Shown here: in pieces, positions 59,488 to 64,000 of the stretch
Layout: each line of letters begins with the position of its first letter
How positions within the stretch are numbered: position 1 is the stretch's first letter
DNA from: Candidatus Saccharibacteria bacterium UBA2018
Lineage (GTDB): Bacteria > Patescibacteriota > Saccharimonadia > Saccharimonadales > Saccharimonadaceae
Direction: 5' to 3'
Length of the DNA: 64,000 nucleotides
Assembly (NCBI GenBank): GCA_002335175.1
Contig: DDCA01000001.1
Location: forward strand, 225,631 to 289,630
Made by a program: the position numbers and the translations under genes
The notes under the pieces: generated by a model
Told to the model about the DNA's origin: nothing
Databases searched by the model: none
The model's input: the letters and a program-made list of their open reading frames with translations, nothing else

Positions 59488-60828
59488 TTACTCGAACAAA
59501 TCGTCTGAGTTGTCACCTGCCTTGCGCCGGCGATCCTTTACCCGTGTGACAAGACGCTCAAAACTCAACGTTTCTTCCTCGCTGGTGGCGGTATCTTTTA
59601 GGTTGTATTTCTCTTTTTTCAGCTCCTCTTCGCCCACGAACATCAGGTACGGAATTTGCTTTTTAACTGCAGTTTTAATTTGTTTGTCAAGTTTTCGGCC
59701 ACTTATGTCGAGCTCTGCATTAACGCCTTCAGCCCGCAGTTTCGTGACGAGTTCTTGAGCTCCTTCCAGTTGGTCAGCCCCCAGGACGGCAACATACACT
59801 TCGGTCGTAGAGGAAAGCTCTGGCAGAAGGTTATGCGAAGTCAAAAATAGTTCAACCGTCGATAGACCAGGTGCAATACCAACAGCGCTAATTGGTTCTG
59901 CCCCAAATAGCCCAACCAGCCCGTCATAGCGGCCGCCGCCAAACATTGCTCTGTTATTCTCAGGGTCTTCATCGAAAAATTCGAAAACAGTACCTGTGTA
60001 GTAGTCAAATCCCCGCATCAGTGTGATATCAAAGGCCGCATTAGTAATGTGGCGCTTTTTCAATATCGAAAATAGGTGTTTTAATTCATCGACCGCTGGA
60101 TTGTCGGCAATTTCTTTTGGCAGTTCATCAATCTGCCGAGCCACCAGAAGGCCGGCAATTTTCTTCAGCCCATCCGCGGCTTTGTCGGGGCCAAAGATGT
60201 CGATGGCTTGGTCGCGGAATTCTTCGTTGGAAATCTTATTCTTGCGATCAAACAGCTTTACCATAAGTTCAGACTGGATAGGGTCAAGCAGCAGATAATC
60301 GTGCATCATAGCGTCGATTACACGCCTATCATTAACTTTAATGGTATACATGGGCTTCTTCGCGCCGAATGCCTTCAGTATTTCGTAGCCTAGCTCGATA
60401 ATTTCGGCATCGGCAAGTGGTCCTGTCGCTCCGAATATGTCAGCGTTCAGTTGCCAGAATTCTCGTTCGCGGCCACGCTGCGGGCGCTCGTAGCGCATAA
60501 AGTTTGCAATGCTAAAAAGTCGGGCAGGATATGCTAATTCTTGGCGGCGGGCAGCCACCATACGCGAGATGCTGGGCGTCATTTCAGGACGGATAACGAC
60601 TTCACGGTCCCCCCGGTCGGTAAACCGATACGTTTGCTCGCTTACGATTTCTTGTCCAGTTTTGGCGGTGTAGACTTCGAGTGGTTCTAAGAGCGGTGCT
60701 CCGTACTCCTCGTAACCAAATCGACGGGCAGTTCGTGCCCAGACACCAAAAATATAATTCTGAACCCGTTTATCTACCGGATAGTAATCACGCGTGCCCT
60801 TGTATGGGCTACTTGAAAGCGTACTCAT
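59488..60828 (-). CDS. hisS: histidine--tRNA ligase
   Basis: KGTRDYYP..., RPEMTPSISRMVA, FRYERPQRGREREFWQLNADIFG, and GGGRYDGLVGLFG. Class II motifs plus the HisA/HisB signatures. Confidence 0.93.
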   Translation of the reverse strand: MSTLSSSPYKGTRDYYPVDKRVQNYIFGVWARTARRFGYEEYGAPLLEPLEVYTAKTGQEIVSEQTYRFTDRGDREVVIRPEMTPSISRMVAARRQELAYPARLFSIANFMRYERPQRGREREFWQLNADIFGATGPLADAEIIELGYEILKAFGAKKPMYTIKVNDRRVIDAMMHDYLLLDPIQSELMVKLFDRKNKISNEEFRDQAIDIFGPDKAADGLKKIAGLLVARQIDELPKEIADNPAVDELKHLFSILKKRHITNAAFDITLMRGFDYYTGTVFEFFDEDPENNRAMFGGGRYDGLVGLFGAEPISAVGIAPGLSTVELFLTSHNLLPELSSTTEVYVAVLGADQLEGAQELVTKLRAEGVNAELDISGRKLDKQIKTAVKKQIPYLMFVGEEELKKEKYNLKDTATSEEETLSFERLVTRVKDRRRKAGDNSDDLFE

Positions 60829-60887
60829 CTCTGAAATTGTGTCATTTTTTCATTAATTCTGCAAGGATAAGCACGACTGAATACCGC

Positions 60888-61508
60888 TTATTTCTTGCGC
60901 GTATTCTGAACAAGCTCGATTGATTCAACACGTAAACGAGGCGCCTCATCGTTAAGTAAGGCTTCATACAGGTGTTTGCAAGCTTTTAGATACTCGTCGC
61001 GGCTTGTGACTTTGTCCCGAGCGACATGGTGGTGAGCTCCAATTGAGTAGTCTGGTCGGACAACCATGAGACCCCTAACGGCAGCGGCCGTTAATTCGTC
61101 CAAAATTACGTCCATTTTAAGGTGTATACCCGGGTCGGGCTGGCCAGCGCGTTCAATTTGAAGACGCTTTGCTAGCACACGAGGCTTATTAGAACGTTGC
61201 TGGAGTTCACGCTCCATACGGGCCATCTGCTGGGGGATACTCGAGGTGGCTCCTCGCATCAGGCTGGCTGGCCCCGGTGCGTTATCAATCGACTCGTCAG
61301 AATATAAAAAAAGTCTCTGTAGGCCGGGTTGTTCGTCGGGCCTATAGAATGCTTCTAAGTACTTGGTCAGTCTGCTATCTGGAACGAACTTAAGCTGAGC
61401 AACGCTGGGTAGAGCGTTCGGAACCCGGTCAGATGCTTGCCGTGCTTCGCTCATACTAAAATTATGCGGACTTTTTAAGGTTTCGTCAACCGATGTCGCC
61501 GTAGCCAT
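60888..61508 (-). CDS. hypothetical protein
   Basis: 206-aa ORF. The ATG at 61508 overlaps the upstream gene by 34 nt; an alternative ATG lies at 61454. No motif recognised. Confidence 0.5.
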   Translation of the reverse strand: MATATSVDETLKSPHNFSMSEARQASDRVPNALPSVAQLKFVPDSRLTKYLEAFYRPDEQPGLQRLFLYSDESIDNAPGPASLMRGATSSIPQQMARMERELQQRSNKPRVLAKRLQIERAGQPDPGIHLKMDVILDELTAAAVRGLMVVRPDYSIGAHHHVARDKVTSRDEYLKACKHLYEALLNDEAPRLRVESIELVQNTRKK

Positions 61509-62008
61509 TCGTACATTGCAATGCCGGCAGCAACTCCTACATTTAGAGAGCGTGTACTACCGAGCTGTTCGATAGCCACAACATACGATGCTTCAGCGAG
61601 CAGTTCCGGTGATAAACCAGGACCTTCTTGGCCGAAAATCATTACGGCATTTAGGGGAAGTTCTGCCTGGCTTAACGGCTGGCTATCCTTTGTATTGTCA
61701 ATGGCAAGCAGTACTTTCTGCTTTCGTGTCATCTCATCTATAAACTCGGCAATGGTTTGATAGTAGTGAATGTAAAGATATTTGTCTGTCATCATAGCCC
61801 CTCGTTTGTTCCACTGCCGTCGGCCGATCACATGAAGATGCCGAACGCCAACCGCATTGGCCGAACGAACAATCGTACCCATATTGAAGTCGCGAAGCGT
61901 ATTTTCAATAGCTATTTCGAGTTCGATACCCCGGTTATCCAACAGCTTCACAATATCTTCGTGCGCCTTGCCTTTTAAGTCGTCTGTAACGTTACGAGAA
62001 TCATTCAT
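61475..62008 (-). CDS. TrmH/SpoU family RNA 2'-O-methyltransferase
   Basis: NMGTIVRSANAVGV, MIFGQEGPGLS, and IEQLGSTRSLNVGVAAGIAMYEW. These are the three SPOUT motifs. Confidence 0.85.
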   Translation of the reverse strand: MNDSRNVTDDLKGKAHEDIVKLLDNRGIELEIAIENTLRDFNMGTIVRSANAVGVRHLHVIGRRQWNKRGAMMTDKYLYIHYYQTIAEFIDEMTRKQKVLLAIDNTKDSQPLSQAELPLNAVMIFGQEGPGLSPELLAEASYVVAIEQLGSTRSLNVGVAAGIAMYEWLRRHRLTKP

Positions 62009-62018
62009 CCGTACTTAC

Positions 62019-62062
62019 TGTACCAAATAAAAAAGACCGTTCGGCCTTCTTAATTTGGTACA
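62019..62062. repeat. terminator-like imperfect palindrome between divergent genes (possible island boundary relic)
   Basis: Outer arms are TGTACCAAAT (62019-28) and ATTTGGTACA (62053-62). The inner part AAGACCGTTCGGCCTT is flanked by A- and T-runs. It lies between two divergent gene starts, where a terminator is not expected. Confidence 0.4.
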
Positions 62063-62096
62063 CCTCACGAAACGTTATTCCAACTTTGTCAACAAC

Positions 62097-62471
62097 ATGT
62101 CATTGCTTGATCGGTGCCTCGCGATCCACCAGGCCAAGCCCGTCATCCGACCGCCGCGCCCAGCGCCTCGCCTCCTGAAGGTTCGCCTGAGTGATGAGGA
62201 TCGGGTGACCATCGTCGAAGAGTTCCGGGCTGGTGTAGCAACTACCCGGAAGCTCGCTCAACGCTACGAAGTCAGTGACTATGCCATCCGGATGCTGCTA
62301 CGACGAGCCGGCATCGCCTCACGGCAGCCTGGAACCTCAGCTAAGCAGCGACGGCAGGTCCGCAAGCTCTGGCTCGAAGGAGCGTCAGTTGCTGTCATCG
62401 CCAAGACCGTTGGGGTTGGTCAGACGACGGTGCGGCTGGTGGTGGCGGATTTGGTGCGGTCTGGGATCTAG
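62097..62471 (+). CDS. double helix-turn-helix DNA-binding protein
   Basis: The first ATG of ORF 62055..62471 (the track start is a TTG). There are two HTH-like units: RKLAQRYEVSDYAIRMLLRRAGI and SVAVIAKTVGVGQTTVRLVVADL. Visibly G+C-rich (many GCC/CGC/CGG codons). Confidence 0.6.
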   Translation: MSLLDRCLAIHQAKPVIRPPRPAPRLLKVRLSDEDRVTIVEEFRAGVATTRKLAQRYEVSDYAIRMLLRRAGIASRQPGTSAKQRRQVRKLWLEGASVAVIAKTVGVGQTTVRLVVADLVRSGI

Positions 62472-62524
62472 CTAGTTGATAGTTCCTCACTAAGAGCAAA
62501 TGATGAATATCGTATAATGCAATC

Positions 62525-63070
62525 ATGAAGATGCCCGACGAACTCCCGAAAACCCACGAGGCACTAGGTCATGAGATTGATCGCCTGCACGAAAGTGCCA
62601 AGTGGAGTTCTCAAGGTCAATTCGAGCAAATGAAAATCTGGAGACTCGCCAATCTTTTGTTTGGTTTACCAGCTGCCGTCCTTGCTGCCATATCTGGTGG
62701 AACTGGCCTCGCGAACGTTCATAGCGCAGATCCCTCGAGTACGCCTGCCATACTTGCTCTTCTTTCTGCTGGGTTTGGAGCAGCCTTGACGACCTTGAAC
62801 CCTTCTCGTCGTGTAACTCAGGCACAGGCCGCGGGCAATGCCTACCTAGAGGTACAAACCGCCGCCCGACAACTTCTGAACGTCGACCTCGTTGAAATGT
62901 CATTCGCTGATGCACGGGCAAAGCTCGAAGAACTAACCGTCCGACGTGACGAAATTAACAAAACGGCTGATCCACCAAGCAGGCTCGCATACTGGCGAGC
63001 GAAACGAAATTTGACCAAAGACGGCGGCCAAGATTACGAAATCGACAACGGTAAGGGTGGAGGCCAGTAG
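62525..63070 (+). CDS. SLATT-like two-transmembrane effector-domain protein
   Basis: 181 aa with an N-terminal helix, two adjacent TM helices (LANLLFGLPAAVLAAISGGTGLA and PAILALLSAGFGAALTTL), and a C-terminal helical region (AAGNAYLEVQTAARQLL...LEELTVRRDEINK). This layout is characteristic of SLATT domains. The stop overlaps the next start. Confidence 0.6.
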   Translation: MKMPDELPKTHEALGHEIDRLHESAKWSSQGQFEQMKIWRLANLLFGLPAAVLAAISGGTGLANVHSADPSSTPAILALLSAGFGAALTTLNPSRRVTQAQAAGNAYLEVQTAARQLLNVDLVEMSFADARAKLEELTVRRDEINKTADPPSRLAYWRAKRNLTKDGGQDYEIDNGKGGGQ

Positions 63071-63942
63071 TGGCCTTGACTACGCCCGCCGCTTTTAACG
63101 AGTTCAAGGATCTTCTGCTGTTGACAGAAGCCCAAAAGGAAACAGTCTCTTCACGTCGATCCACTGCTCACGGTTATCTAAAGGAATCTTTCGGGACGAG
63201 CTCGAACATGCCGCTGACTCGTACGCGCCTAATCGGATCAGCAGGCCGCAGCACTATCATTCGACCACTCGATGATATAGACGTCATGGCTGTCTTTGAG
63301 AACAAGGACGATATATTTGAAACCTACAGGTATGATTCTCATGCATTCTTGTACCGAATTCGAGATGCGCTTTCTGCCTATAGCGTAAGAATTGTGGGCG
63401 CGCGAGGTCAGGCGGTACGATTGTTTTACCAGTCTGCTCCCCATGTCGACATTGCACCGGTGTTCAAGTGGAGGAGTGGTGGCTATGCATTGCCGAACGG
63501 TACTGGGGGTTGGCTAACTACAGATCCAGACACGCATGCTGCGTATATGGTCCAGCGGAACGAAGAGCTGGGGTCCAATCTGAAGCCCATGATAAGAATG
63601 CTGAAACGCTGGAACAACGTTCACAGTAAGCGCCTGAAGTCGTTCCACCTGGAGATGCTAGTCGCGAACTCCTTTACAAGTCTTGGTTCCGACTCTCGTA
63701 AGGCTGCGGAGGTCTTTTTCGGCTATGCGAAGGATCACCTCTCAGTGAACGACCCGGCAGGTCATAGTGGAGACCTGTCGAGTTACCTGACATGGACAGC
63801 ACGCGTAGAAGTACAGACCAGCATGGAGAGTGCTCGTGAACGTGCTAGTCGTGCCAATGCCGCTGAAATTCGTGGAGATCATGCCGAGGCAATCCGCTTG
63901 TGGCGGATCATTTTCGGTGACGAGTTTCCCACTTATGGCTGA
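63070..63942 (+). CDS. SMODS-like minimal (pol-beta fold) nucleotidyltransferase
   Basis: GTG start overlapping the upstream TAG (TAGTG). F.EF...L.L...Q...V..R N-terminal helix, then LIGSAGRSTIIRPLDDIDVMAVF (GS...DxD) and PHVDIAPVF (third acidic residue), and a helical C-terminal half. This matches the SMODS/CD-NTase-like minimal NTase pattern. Confidence 0.6.
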   Translation: MALTTPAAFNEFKDLLLLTEAQKETVSSRRSTAHGYLKESFGTSSNMPLTRTRLIGSAGRSTIIRPLDDIDVMAVFENKDDIFETYRYDSHAFLYRIRDALSAYSVRIVGARGQAVRLFYQSAPHVDIAPVFKWRSGGYALPNGTGGWLTTDPDTHAAYMVQRNEELGSNLKPMIRMLKRWNNVHSKRLKSFHLEMLVANSFTSLGSDSRKAAEVFFGYAKDHLSVNDPAGHSGDLSSYLTWTARVEVQTSMESARERASRANAAEIRGDHAEAIRLWRIIFGDEFPTYG

Positions 63943-64000
63943 GGTACTTGGGGAACCCAGGCTCCTGCTTGACCTCTACAAAAGGAAATAGGCCTCCACC

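Noticed and set aside
62523-62921. Minus-strand 132-aa ORF antisense to the SLATT-like gene, and the 62275..62475 (+) alternate frame in the HTH gene
   Set aside because: The composition is Arg/Gln-rich shadow frame in high-GC DNA. The plus-strand gene has the coherent 2TM architecture and is coupled to the downstream NTase.

Overview
The window reads as a gene-dense, mostly minus-strand core region of a small bacterial genome. By inference it is a CPR/Patescibacteria organism resembling Saccharibacteria: there is no L30 gene between rpsE and rplO, the gene set looks reduced, and sortase-like and pilin-like genes are present.

The backbone holds these blocks:
- rpoB-rpoC, then rpsL-rpsG, fusA and tuf.
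- rpsJ, followed by an almost complete S10-spc-alpha ribosomal cluster from rplC to rplQ, then rplM-rpsI.
- secY, infA, rpmJ, clpP, tig, hisS, trpS, holB and an RluA-type pseudouridine synthase.
- Four tRNAs: Trp-CCA, Thr-GGU, Thr-UGU and Tyr-GUA.
- An alpha-glucan operon (glycosyltransferase, GH57, GH15).
- A cytochrome bo3-type quinol oxidase operon with heme O synthase and NDH-2.

I saw no rRNA gene, CRISPR array or recognisable transposase.

The usual operon order is broken in several places by short inserts of unknown function:
- The most interesting is at the right edge (about 62.0-64.0 kb). It is a visibly G+C-richer insertion encoding a double-HTH protein, a SLATT-like two-TM protein and a translationally coupled SMODS-like minimal nucleotidyltransferase. 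I read this as a putative nucleotide-signalling abortive-infection type conflict module.
- An autonomous two-gene operon of unknown function sits between rpsG and fusA.
- A hairpin-dense, roughly 340-nt non-coding block plus a sortase-like gene with Ser in place of the catalytic Cys occupy the position where adk-map normally sit.
- A low-GC two-gene islet with a ParB/Srx-like protein lies next to tRNA-Trp.
- A G+C-rich patch with a perfect 14-bp hairpin lies between clpP and rpoB.

All functional calls come from reading the translated ORFs and motifs by eye. No database search was run.
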